Positions 50,745-61,310 of a stretch of 64,000 nucleotides of DNA are shown in pieces (the stretch's first letter is position 1; every line of letters begins with the position of its first letter). A program made the translations under genes and the position numbers. A model generated the notes under the pieces. That model saw only the letters and a program-made list of their open reading frames with translations, did no database searches and had not been told where the DNA came from. Source of the stretch: Polymyxa betae A26-41 (taxonomy: Eukaryota > Protista > Endomyxa: Phytomyxea); NCBI GenBank assembly GCA_003693705.1, contig RBZT01000607.1, forward strand, positions 1 to 64,000, read 5' to 3'.

Positions 50745-51180
50745 CGCAACTGGGGAACGCGGTGACCTATCTCCAAGTCATAGCATGCCACTACGTGCCT
50801 TAACCCCGTCACCACTGTGTCTAGTCATGGCAAACCGAGTGAAGACGCGGCCTCGCCACGCAAGTGATGCGCGACTGGGCGACGCGGTGGCCTGCTCCAA
50901 GTCGTAGCATCCTTGCTTCTAGTCATGTTGCCGAGAGGTGGCGCGGCCTCTCCACGCAAGTGATGCGCGACTGTGCGACGCGGTGATCTATCTCCAAGTG
51001 GTGGCATGCACCACGTCCTCAACGCCGGCACCCCTGCGTCTAGTCATGTCGCCGAGCGGTGGCGCGGCCTCCTCGCGCAGGTGATGCGCGACTCGGCGAC
51101 GCGGTGACCTATCTCCCAGTGGTAGCTTGCACCACGTTCCTCAACCCCGTCGTCCCTGCGTCTTTTCATTTCGCCGAGCC
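50745..51180. repeat. GC-rich ~120-bp tandem repeat (~3.7 units) immediately upstream of FAS
   Basis: Units start ACGCGGTG at ~50757, 50882, 50978 and 51099. They share TCTAGTCATG, GCGGCCTC and CGCA(A/G)GTGATGCGCGACT. Confidence 0.9.
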
Positions 51181-52115
51181 GCGACCAGCCAGCGACACCA
51201 TGCAAGTGAGTCGTCTACAGTAGGTACTCGTTTGCTTCCCGTCAGCGACAAACTTGGTGCTCTCTGAGTGGGTTGCGCTTCGGTTCTGTCTGTCTATCAA
51301 GCATGCAATCGGTTCGATGGACGTCCGATGCAGTTGCTTAGTGCTGGCTTGTTTTTCTGGTCGATGAAGGAATGTTGATGCCGAACTACTTCCCTGCTCT
51401 GCCGGTTTGAGTTGGTAGGCTTCGGTAATGTCGCGAAGAAAAGCGTTCTGTTGCTCGACCAGCCTTTTATTGGCATTCTGATACATTGTTCTTTCTGAAG
51501 TCATGAAGCAGCTTTGCATTCGTTGGCCTTCTATCATGCTTGCAAAAATGCGATTATTTTCTCCACAAATGGTGTAGGAATATTACTTCGTTTTTTAAGT
51601 CATGAGGCTCAGTATGTATTTTCTAAAGATACTGGACAATAATTTGTGAATAAAATGAGTGGCTGGAAATTTCCCAACATTCTCTCTCTGATTTTTTATA
51701 TTTGCTGACGATGATTCGTATCGAAATCAGCTGCTTGACGATATCGGTATAGTATTCGCGCACCGAGTAAACGTTAATCACCATGACGGCTACGACGCGA
51801 GCTACGACTTTTTTGCTGAAATTGAAACCCTGGATTCTGAACAACAACGTTTAAGGTTTTCAACGAATAGACCTGCGATGTGCACTTTGCTCAGGCTGCT
51901 GCAATCCAAAGTTCCGTTCTAGCTGGTTGCATTGCTATGTTCTTTATATTTCCAACTTTATGTTTTCCCACTAAATATTGCTGCAGCTTGATGCGCTTCC
52001 TGTTCGCTCGAATCCCTAAAATCGTCGCAGAACGACGTCACAACACTTGTTCGACTAATGGTAATATGCCACTGCATTTCGTGGACTTGTTCGACCGCCC
52101 TGAACGCAGAATTAT

Positions 52116-52240
52116 CTCCGAAAATGTTAAGTAGGAGAACCTGGACCTCGGTTCAGGCCCCGCACTAGGGTTATTGTGCCGCCCACTCCGCCGAACGGTG
52201 CGAACAAATAGTGCAATCCAATCCAAATCCAATCCAATCC
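52116..52240 (+). mobile_element. LINE 3'-end fragment (copy C) with (CAATC)n tail
   Basis: TAGGAGA...CCCCGCACTAGGGTTA..GTGCCGCCCAC...TAGTGCAATCCAATCC matches the reverse complement of 29076-29190. Confidence 0.85.
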
Positions 52241-52370
52241 TTAGGGCGGCCTGAAATTTCGTGGTGGCGGAATCATGTTTGCACGCGAGCCTGAAAGGCG
52301 GGCTGCGCGGAGCGCAGCCTTCTGCGCGGGTTCACGTTACATCTGGGGGTGAGTGCGGCCGCAGATCTCT

Positions 52371-53867
52371 ATGAAGCCGCTGCCCGCCTTTCGGGCTGTG
52401 GTCGTCGTCGTGCTGGCCCTGCTGCCCTCCGAGCTCAGTGCAGGGAAGATCTGCGATCTGCTCTGCCTTCCGTGGCTTCGAGCAGCTGACAATGCCAACG
52501 TCCCGACCCCCCAGCCCAGCTGTGAAGTTCTCTCCCTCGTCCTCGACCATATCGGCTATGATCCGCCCGTACTGGCCCGCTTGGCGTATGTGTCGTCGAC
52601 TTTCTGCGAGATGGTTTCGGAGTATGCCCTGGATCCGCTTTGTGAGCAGATTCGGAGGGAGGTTGTCGTGTCTCTGTTCGATCCTGAATTGCTGCGATTC
52701 GGGTTTCAACATCGCCTGCAAGTTGTAATGGGAGAGAGACCTGCCAGGGAGGTCTATTCGGAGAACCATCCCATGAGACATCTCCGTCATCCATCACCAT
52801 TAGTTATCAGTATTCTGAAATCCGAGCTAACTGAGCCCCGAATCTTTTATCTGTCTCATCGTCTATCACACATCTATCCAGTATTCCGCACATTTGTGAA
52901 AAAATGTGTTGATTTTTTCGTACAGAAACTGGATTGCCGATTACTGGCTGGATATATGATGGGGAATATGTTAGCGGCCCAGTGCTATAGTGATCCAACC
53001 GACCTGAGACAACAGGATTCAAGCAAAGCCAATTTACTCAAAACCGTTCTCTTGCCTCATTATGATCTATCTTTACTGGATCGTTTACCTCCATTTGTGT
53101 CCGAAAATGCTCGGAGCGGTTGGTTCTCTCCACAATGTCCCCGAACTCAGATCAGGAAATTCTCTTCGCCTGAAATCAAAGTCCTTCCGGGACGATTGAA
53201 AACCTATTGTCAAAGATACGATCTGAATGATGCTCGTGATTCCATCATCGAGAAACATTTCGATCAGCTCTGTGAGGATCCTTCTCTGCTCTCGTATCTC
53301 TATCAGATCGGGATAGTATTCCCTCTGAGCCTGGTCTTTTATCCGAACCAGGACGAGGTCAAAGTCGGTCCGACCTTCCCATTATTCCAATTTCGTCGTA
53401 TGGCTCGTTATCTCCATGCTGACAGCCATCTGCTTGAGCGTCTCCCGGATCTGGTCTATTGGAGCCGGTACGACCTGCTTGACGAGGTCCTCTGCCATCG
53501 ATTTTGGGTCAACCGAAATGCTGCGCTCGACGTCCCTACGCTCTACGTCTATCTGTTCGCTCATGTCGCTCTCAAATTCGGACTTTTATCGACGCTGGGC
53601 TTGTTGCTCGCGCATCCCGAAGTGCCGTTCCAAATCCACGGAGAACTTCTTCAATTGGAAACTCAGGAGCTGGATTTGCTGGATCCGGATTTAGCTATCC
53701 GTAAGCTGATCATCTTGCTACAGAGTAATTTTGAGGATCTCCGAGACAATGCCCCTTACCTGGGCCTCGACGGTCACCGATATCAACCGGACCTCGTCGA
53801 TCTGGACCATGTCTTGTTTCATCTTGCACTTGAACGCGCCTCTACGCTCCGGACACATCTCTTATAA
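52371..53867 (+). CDS. Secreted protein with degenerate F-box-like motif (candidate effector), intronless
   Basis: Signal peptide MKPLPAFRAVVVVVLALLPSELSA, then QPSCEVLSLVLDHIGYDPPVLARLAYVSSTFCEMV (F-box-like spacing). Leu-rich helical remainder, same size class as 737-2296. Confidence 0.65.
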   Translation: MKPLPAFRAVVVVVLALLPSELSAGKICDLLCLPWLRAADNANVPTPQPSCEVLSLVLDHIGYDPPVLARLAYVSSTFCEMVSEYALDPLCEQIRREVVVSLFDPELLRFGFQHRLQVVMGERPAREVYSENHPMRHLRHPSPLVISILKSELTEPRIFYLSHRLSHIYPVFRTFVKKCVDFFVQKLDCRLLAGYMMGNMLAAQCYSDPTDLRQQDSSKANLLKTVLLPHYDLSLLDRLPPFVSENARSGWFSPQCPRTQIRKFSSPEIKVLPGRLKTYCQRYDLNDARDSIIEKHFDQLCEDPSLLSYLYQIGIVFPLSLVFYPNQDEVKVGPTFPLFQFRRMARYLHADSHLLERLPDLVYWSRYDLLDEVLCHRFWVNRNAALDVPTLYVYLFAHVALKFGLLSTLGLLLAHPEVPFQIHGELLQLETQELDLLDPDLAIRKLIILLQSNFEDLRDNAPYLGLDGHRYQPDLVDLDHVLFHLALERASTLRTHLL

Positions 53868-54065
53868 CATAAACGTTCAATTTTTCTTGCACAATCCCGC
53901 TGGTCCGCGTCATTATGGAGCATAATATTCAGTAGTAAATGTAACATTACAGCACCTGGAAGTTGATTTTGTAACAAGAACGATCCAGATGGGTAACATT
54001 AACAGATTTTTATTGCCCATAACTTTCTGAGCCATTATATTATACAAAAATGTATCGTAGACGGA

Positions 54066-55424
54066 CTATCGTCCCATCTTGATATCGAAATCGCCATTCT
54101 TCATGGTGCTCGTTTTCGTCTTACGAAGTTCAACAGCATGTTCAAGGGCTTTCTGCTCTTCGCGTAATTCCATGAAATTTGCCCACGACGGCGGATTGGT
54201 CTTCAGAAACCGCTGCAGTGAGTTCACCTCCATCAGCCTAACAAGCTGATCGGCGGCATCATCGAACATATCGTCCTCGACACGGAATCCGTCACGGGTT
54301 TTGAAAATCACATCGCGGAACTTCAACAATGTTGAGCTCGGTAGGTTGACCTCCAGAGGCGCCGTCGTAGAGAGAAACTTATCGAATATACTCCATGCGT
54401 GATCACTGGTGGGGTCACCCCGAAACCCCATCACTTCTTTCCAGAACAGAAGATTCTCTACAGAAAACTCTTTCTCCAGATAGGCCTCAAACGCAGCAAA
54501 CCCATTCTCTGTCAGCAGGAATAGTTCGAAATCGGACAGCGTCGTATTCGCTTGCGAGAAAGCGCTTCTCTCAGCCACAGATATCATCCTCGTTGACTTC
54601 ATCGCCGTCAGCCACGGTATCACAAATGCAATAGCGATCACGTAATCAGCTCCAATCAAGTTGATAAAATCTTGGATACCGAGCGGTGACGCCTGCATCA
54701 ACTTATTCGATGCGACCAGATAGAACGTGGTCGTACAGGTCGTGAACAATCCGATCCGTTTCAGCATGGCCTTGGTCCCAAACGCATCCTGGACGATTCG
54801 CAGTCGAAAACTCGTTACAACCAGGCAGCCGATCGTAACGAGATTCCGTCCCAAAAGCAAAGGCGTAAAATAAACGTACGGCGACGGTGACAGCCCTGAA
54901 GCGACGTCGTCCAGCGGAATGGAATAGTAGTCCATGGGCTGCGCGTAACCGATCAGCACGCCCATCCAGACGGCCGTGTTGGCCCAGACCCAGCCGAATG
55001 CGAACCGATTGCTTAATAGGAACGATGACCATTTGATAGAGCGCATGAATGTATCAACATCAGCTGGTGTTGATGTACTAGATGATGATAGAGCTTGATA
55101 GATGGCCATCTGCTCTTTAGTCTTGTTATAGGCAATATATTGTGATAGAGCGAATACGAAGAACGATTCATAGGCGACCAGGAGGATGATTCCGCTGACG
55201 ATCATATTCCACCAGAGGCCGAGATAATGTCCGATTCCATTTCGAAGAATCTGGTGCCATAAGAAGGCCACGCAGACCGTCAGACATTGCGTGAACAACG
55301 CTGGGCGGCGTGATCGCAGAGGGTCGTACTGTCGCTTCTGCCAGTACAGCCATGGTAGTACCAGAGTCGGTAAATGAAGGACACCGAGGACAAGCCAGAT
55401 GGCGACCTTGATGGAGTTCGCCAT
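54066..55424 (-). CDS. 7TM-RGS protein (seven-transmembrane regulator of G-protein signalling)
   Basis: Seven hydrophobic segments with PLRSRRP after TM1 and DAFG after TM5, then the RGS box FEAYLEKEFSVENLLFWKEV...IFDKFL...APLEVNL...MFD...LMEVNSLQRF. Confidence 0.92.
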   Translation of the reverse strand: MANSIKVAIWLVLGVLHLPTLVLPWLYWQKRQYDPLRSRRPALFTQCLTVCVAFLWHQILRNGIGHYLGLWWNMIVSGIILLVAYESFFVFALSQYIAYNKTKEQMAIYQALSSSSTSTPADVDTFMRSIKWSSFLLSNRFAFGWVWANTAVWMGVLIGYAQPMDYYSIPLDDVASGLSPSPYVYFTPLLLGRNLVTIGCLVVTSFRLRIVQDAFGTKAMLKRIGLFTTCTTTFYLVASNKLMQASPLGIQDFINLIGADYVIAIAFVIPWLTAMKSTRMISVAERSAFSQANTTLSDFELFLLTENGFAAFEAYLEKEFSVENLLFWKEVMGFRGDPTSDHAWSIFDKFLSTTAPLEVNLPSSTLLKFRDVIFKTRDGFRVEDDMFDDAADQLVRLMEVNSLQRFLKTNPPSWANFMELREEQKALEHAVELRKTKTSTMKNGDFDIKMGR

Positions 55425-55739
55425 CGGTTTCCGGTACGGGCAACGACCGCGGATATCTCGGCAGATATTCAGAGAGAAGGATTTCCTAGATAGAATCAGA
55501 GGCCTGTTTCATGTCAATTGTTCGGATAGAGATTACCTGAGATACGGTCTTACAAGTTGAATTGAGGAAGAGGGTCTTGATTGAGCGCCTTCTCGAGCCC
55601 TTCTGCTGTCTATCCCTAACGAATCGCGGTTGACATTTTGATGGCAAACTGTATCTGAGAAGGAGATCACTCATTTTAGTCTGTCCTGTCTTTGGATTCC
55701 AGCAATTTATATGTGGATTTTTCTAGAATTTTGTGCATC

Positions 55740-56285
55740 ATTCCAGAGTCGGACGGAATTCGTTGTCAACGAAGTGCACACAGAATTTTTCTTCTCTGTT
55801 GCAAAGTGAAGAAAACGCAGAACCTTGAGAGCAGGAGCAATGAGCAAACTCGATGAATTCCGAAAACAAACATGCGGGCCCGACTCGATAGCTTCTGGTA
55901 GTCTGTCGAGCCTGCTGATGTACGATGGTGAGCCCATACAAAATATATCCCCCATAAGGTCGAGCAAATGTGGAACCCTAAACCCTGGTTCAATTCAGGT
56001 TCGTGCTGGTCTCGCTATATCGTCCTTTGGGAAGCAGCGCCTCTCTGCAATGCTTTTCATTCCACGCCTCTGTTCATTTTATGTTCACCGGGTCGTTCTA
56101 TCACAGCAAAAGCTGTGTCCGCCCACTATCCATTAAATCACATCGCTCCATTCGGCTCTTCGATCACAAAGACCTGTTGACGTATCGACGCCCCCTCGTC
56201 GCCTAACACCAAAACGGCGGCCGAAGCGCGCCGACAGGAAACCCCATCACTCTTGATGATTGCGAAAGTGCGTGATTGTAATAAG
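55740..56285 (-). pseudogene. Possible nucleoside-diphosphate-kinase-like relic
   Basis: QSRTFAIIKSDGV resembles the NDK start ERTFxxIKPDGV. Downstream pieces are only weakly similar and are broken. Confidence 0.3.
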
Positions 56286-57329
56286 CTGTTCGAGCTCAAG
56301 GGGGGAGTCGTCGTCGGCGGTAGTCCCCATATAGGCACAGACACGCAGGGACTTCGGGCCCGGCTTGGTCGTTGACCCATCAATCAGCAGAGATCGTCCC
56401 TTTCCCCATCATTCCCGTCGATGTCGGTCGAGCCGGTGTTGGGGGCCGACGGTGGATTCGGCAGGGCGTATACAGGTCCGTCTGGAGCCCATTCCTTCTG
56501 ACCGAGCTTTTTACAGTAGCAAAGCAGGTGATGGATTCGACAAAATATGGGATATTATTATTTCATTTCGCTCTGATTTTAAACCCGACCAATTGAGTTT
56601 TTTTTATCCCCCGAACATCAATTATACTATTTATACACCTCATACAACATCATTTTTGATTGTTGAAACCACGCAGGAATAAATACACCAATATTATCAG
56701 CGCCAGCATAACACATCTAGGCACACCCACATCACAACGCGCTATTGGAAAATTTCTGGAAAATGGAAGCTCCATTTTTTGACCAATTTTTTGATCAATG
56801 ATCAATACAATGATCAAGTCCGTAGTGCCTGCCACCATTATAACAGCTGTCAATTATCAGCGATGACTTCCCTGAAATTTCATATTCGATCTGAATCTAC
56901 TCATGACAGACTTTGCATCCGATGATATTTGTCGGCAACTACAAATATGAATTCTCGTCTAACTACAGGAACGGCCAAAATAGTATAGATGCAGCCAATG
57001 GCGTACATCTAAAAAGCGATCCTCTTTATGTTCTGCTGCAAAGGGCAAAGATCACACTTGTGGTCCCCAACGGGGAGGGTCTTCATTCTGCATGATCTAC
57101 TTCCTCGGTCCCTTGAAGAAACTGCAGAGCGCCAGCGTCATCAATGCGGTAGAAGATGAGATCGCCGCCATCGAGAACGATTACGACACCATTGAGTACA
57201 TGCCGAAAAGGGGCGTGAGGTTTTTTAAAATTTGGATTCTATGATTGGTCTGACAAGCATGTTCCGTTTTTTAGCCGAATCTGTTTGGTTTAGAAATGTC
57301 TTGTTTGAATTTGGATTTTCACTTTCAGG

Positions 57330-57600
57330 TCCAACTATGCTTTATCAAGATAATTATGGTTCGATATCATTTGCGATGGGCATTGAGGAAGGCGGGATCG
57401 ACTAGTATCAACGGTAAATGCATATGTAAGATAAAGGGAATCAGATGCTTTCGGCGAACGTGTCGTCTCGGTTCCTATCGGTGTTTTCCACCCAATCACC
57501 CGTTAAGGATGTCATAAGACGTTCTACCGTGCCTTTGGGATAATCCAAAGGAGTTCGCGCCTGCATTGTTCACCAAGGATCCGGCTCGCATTTTAGACTG
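57330..57600 (+). mobile_element. Possible CACTA/EnSpm-like transposase relic
   Basis: GKCICKIKG...LGSYRCFPPNHPLR resembles the CxxC...HRRFLPxxHPxR block of CACTA transposases. No TIRs seen. Confidence 0.25.
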
Positions 57601-60278
57601 CAGACTACGAAATTCCGATCACAGACTATCGTTCCTTCGTTTGGAATTGAATCCATTCCAATCTCTACGATTGTCAGAGCCGCAATGCTGAAAGGGTTTA
57701 TTTTGGCTATGCAAGATGCCGCAAAATTACTCGATGGCCGGCTTGACGACCTTCTAGACGACATCATGAAATCCACCGCAGCAGCAGTTGATTCCGTTCC
57801 AAATTAAATCTTCAGTATTCGCCACGACCTCCATTCCGCCTGCGTTGAAATATAACCAAGTCGGTAGCCAGAGCCTACGACTGCATCTGGAAGGCAATCC
57901 CAAAGCGACGACAGTTGGGTCGCAAATTGTGACCCCCAAAAATGATCCGGCATCTCCGCCTGTCCGAAAAAGTACAATAACCAAAAACATCGCGGTTATC
58001 ATTACTTCAAAATGGTTATAGGTGCTCAGAAACAGACGATATCATCCGGCAACGTCCTCAAAAAACCATTAGAAAGTCCAGGAGACCGCCAGTTCCAGTT
58101 TGACAAAAAAACTGAAACTCGTGGCTGCGTGCTTCCATATTTCGGGGAAAAAGGGCAGACTGTATCAACATGGACTGCCTTTGGGGATCTTGTCCGAGAC
58201 AAAATCAATCTTAGCGATGAGGGCTGGAAATCAACTTGCAGCAAGCATCTCGCTAATATCAGTGACAAAGGAGACCCATCCCCGTGCAGTCTATGGTTAA
58301 AAAGTTCAAAAACAAAACCCAAAAAGTTCCAGATGCTGCTGGACACGTCCGAACAGGTCAAACAGGTTGCGTGCAAATCTGCGCCTACACCGACGCGTGC
58401 TCACGCCAATGTGAGCAAAAAACACCAGTTAACCGTTATACCAATCAATTGTATAAATCACCACTAATATGATTCACATAGGCACACAATTGGGGGATAC
58501 AATTACAAAAACGGGAGGAGCGAATAGAGCTGTTTTGTATCAACGAAACGAACAACTTCAAGAGTGACGATAGAACCAAAGATAATGGTCATCCGTACAA
58601 GCGTTCTGGTTTTAAAACCGCGACGCTCTTTCGAAAACCCTGCAATCAAACTGGGACCCCAGCCGTCAGTTTAAGTCAGACTTTAAGCCCGCGCCATCTG
58701 GGTGTTATAGCGGGAGTCAACGAAGAACTTAGATAAAATTCATTTTCAAAGGCGACCGACTTTTAGAAGAATTTCATCTGTCGAGGGAGCGAATTAAGGA
58801 AAACACCGTCACGGGATGGCAATATTTTTTTCTTGTCGTAGGGTTAAATACTTTTAATTTATTGATTTTAGTTAGCGGCTAAGAGCGAAACCTATGGCGG
58901 CCGAAAACGGCGTCAGCCCGCAGGCGGGAGAACAGGCGGGCCCGAAAGTCGGGCATCGAACGGTTTCTTCCTACGCTCCGTTAAGGCCGTTATGACCGAT
59001 CATCAAGCCCAGGCTCTGCCAGGAACCGATCAGGCCCAACAGAGGCCTTTTCGGACTTCTACAGAGAGCTATTTTACTCAGGATCTCAACACGCCGCAAG
59101 AGTTAGTCGGTAACGCCTCCGCCGACCGACAAGACTGTCTATAACCGAAGAGGGGAGGTGCTGCCTGTAAACACAATCTGCTGGCAGTATTATCCCGCCT
59201 GGAACTGCTCGACCAGACAAACGATGATCGACAAGTTGTCGTCTTCAACGTACCGCAATGTGTCATTAAATCTAAAGGATTACTCGCCCTATGTTCGGGA
59301 CCAAAACCAGCCCAGGCCTTTCCTATGTACTGGCTACCGGACTACGTAATCGGGCGGCGGGTACGAAATCCAGTGGCTATTCTCATTAAGGAGGCAAGCC
59401 TAGAGGAGAAAGAGAGAAGAAATTTTTTATACAGGATGCAACTCCCGCCCGATAACTCGAGAAACATTCTTGTCGACATGAACTTGCCCCGAAGTCTTGA
59501 GACGGCCTTGAGTTAGAACGGCTTTCGTCAGGACATCAGCGATCATCTTCTGCCCGTCACAGAGACTTGGCAGTTGGGAGGCGGCCAGAGCGTGAGAAGA
59601 TTTTTGAAGAATCGATTTAAAGATTTGAGGAATGTCTTCTTTCAGTTTTCCAATTTTATCCAAGTAAAATTATATGATTTTTACCTTTGCAGAATACTAG
59701 AATCTCGTGACGGATATCACGAAGTGACTCTACTTGGTAGAGCTGAATACAAAATCTTGGAATGAGATAGTTTAAACAACCCGAGTGGTGTAGTACCATC
59801 AGCCCTGCTCACTCTTCTCTTAACCTCCAGGGACTAGCATCGAAATTCGGGCATCGAACAAATCTGGATTAAACACGATAAAGAACATTCTAGATCACGA
59901 ATGGAAAGCTGCAAACAGGAAGTGCGCCGATATATCCAAACCTTAACTGTCTATATCTTCCATAATTAACTGTACGTATAATACAATCAGTCTTGTGTAC
60001 CTAGGGTTTAGGGGTTACGGGGATTTATGGAGGATTTTGTTATCGGTTGGTATGTTTAACAAGGTAACTGTGTCCTGCTACATTATGGTCTTGCACTGGA
60101 TCGTTTTTGGTTTGTATCGAGTAAGCTCGGTTGAACCTTTTAGCGTATCCAAGGATTGGGTACACAAATGCGATTGCGAAAGAATGAAAAACCCAACCCC
60201 GAAACCCTAACTCTTGTTGTTTTCATTCTTCTTCCTCTTGTTTGCTCAGCTCACAGACACATCTCGTCGTATCGACTT

Positions 60279-60398
60279 AAAAACATATGAACTCGACAAT
60301 TCCGTGAGGGGTCGGGCCCAGCGCAAGGGTAAATGCGTCGCCAACCTCACCCATTATATGGGTGTAACATCTAGATAAATCCAATCCAATCCAGTCCA
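60279..60398 (+). mobile_element. 120-nt retroposed unit (copy D; divergent LINE 3' end or SINE) with 13-bp TSD
   Basis: TSD GTCGTATCGACTT at 60266-60278 and 60399-60411, an AATCCAATCCAATCCAGTCC tail, and the same hairpin order as copies A-C. Confidence 0.85.
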
Positions 60399-61310
60399 GT
60401 CGTATCGACTTGCGTTTATTGAGGTCGTCTAATACGTATAAAAAGCAAGATAGCAAGGTTTATTGAAAACTGCGATTTAATAGAGATCATGAATGTCTTG
60501 CAGAGCAAGTACGCATTGATGCAGGAGTGAACGAGTGCGCGGTTGGGACGGCTCAGTAAAAAGTATCCCAACATATATTCGATCAATAATTTGCAATCCA
60601 GTTTGAATACAAAATACATGAAAATTCGCCGACGAATTCCTATATTGTGTTGATGCTTTATACGAAGAGCCAGATACGGAATCTTAAATGCAGGTCTGAA
60701 GGATGACGGAGATGTTTGGCTGTTGAGGCGGCATCAGCAGATCTCACTCCCATTCTAACTTCAATAGTATATTGAAATCCGTGATGCGTCCATCAGGAAT
60801 CAAATCGGGCTCTGCAATATCGGGCCCAATAAACCCACTCTGCTGAACTCGGGTGTATCCGGGGACCAGGTCAAGGTGATAGTCCGGCCATCTGCTTTAA
60901 ATAGCAACCTACACGGTCGAACAACCACCGAGAACTTCATAAAATGGTCGTGGGTGTCGGAGCGATCGCCTTAGCACGAGACTCGAGGCGGTGACAGACC
61001 ATGGATGTTGCCGGGACTGAACGACAAGGTCAGCACGCCAGCGGCCATAGCCAAAAACCGCGGCCAGAAGCGACATCTAGATGGGATGCAGCGTGGCGCC
61101 GTTCCTGCTGGATGAGAGAAGAGTATGTCGCTCTTTCGTAACGGAGATGATGGGGACAGCGGAGCTGCAAGTCTCCATCTCTCGAATCGGTCGCGGAAGC
61201 GTGGCCTCCTTTCAGACTTCGAAAGTTCTCATCTTTTTTTAAAACAATTTTCTGAGTTTCGTTGCGGAGTGAGTGACCCTCACGGGGGCGCAGCCCACCA
61301 TCTCTTAATA

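Noticed and set aside
50745-51180. CRISPR-like appearance of this and other tandem arrays (22385, 36066)
   Set aside because: Units are contiguous or homologous throughout, with no unique spacers, no cas genes and a eukaryotic context.
51166-51537. 123-aa minus-strand ORF upstream of FAS; likewise ORFs 13927-14151 and 58012-58467
   Set aside because: No recognisable domain, splice support or paralogue in the window.
51704-51732. CTGACGA-T-GAT-TCGT-ATC-GAAA, a second hammerhead-like string
   Set aside because: Only a 3-bp stem II, no stem III, and the flanks pair into a plain hairpin. Likely chance.
58890-59760. Possible LINE ORF1 (gag-like) relic with GC-rich leader
   Set aside because: Only faint cues (VVFNVP, a broken Cys motif) amid many stops; not supportable without a search.
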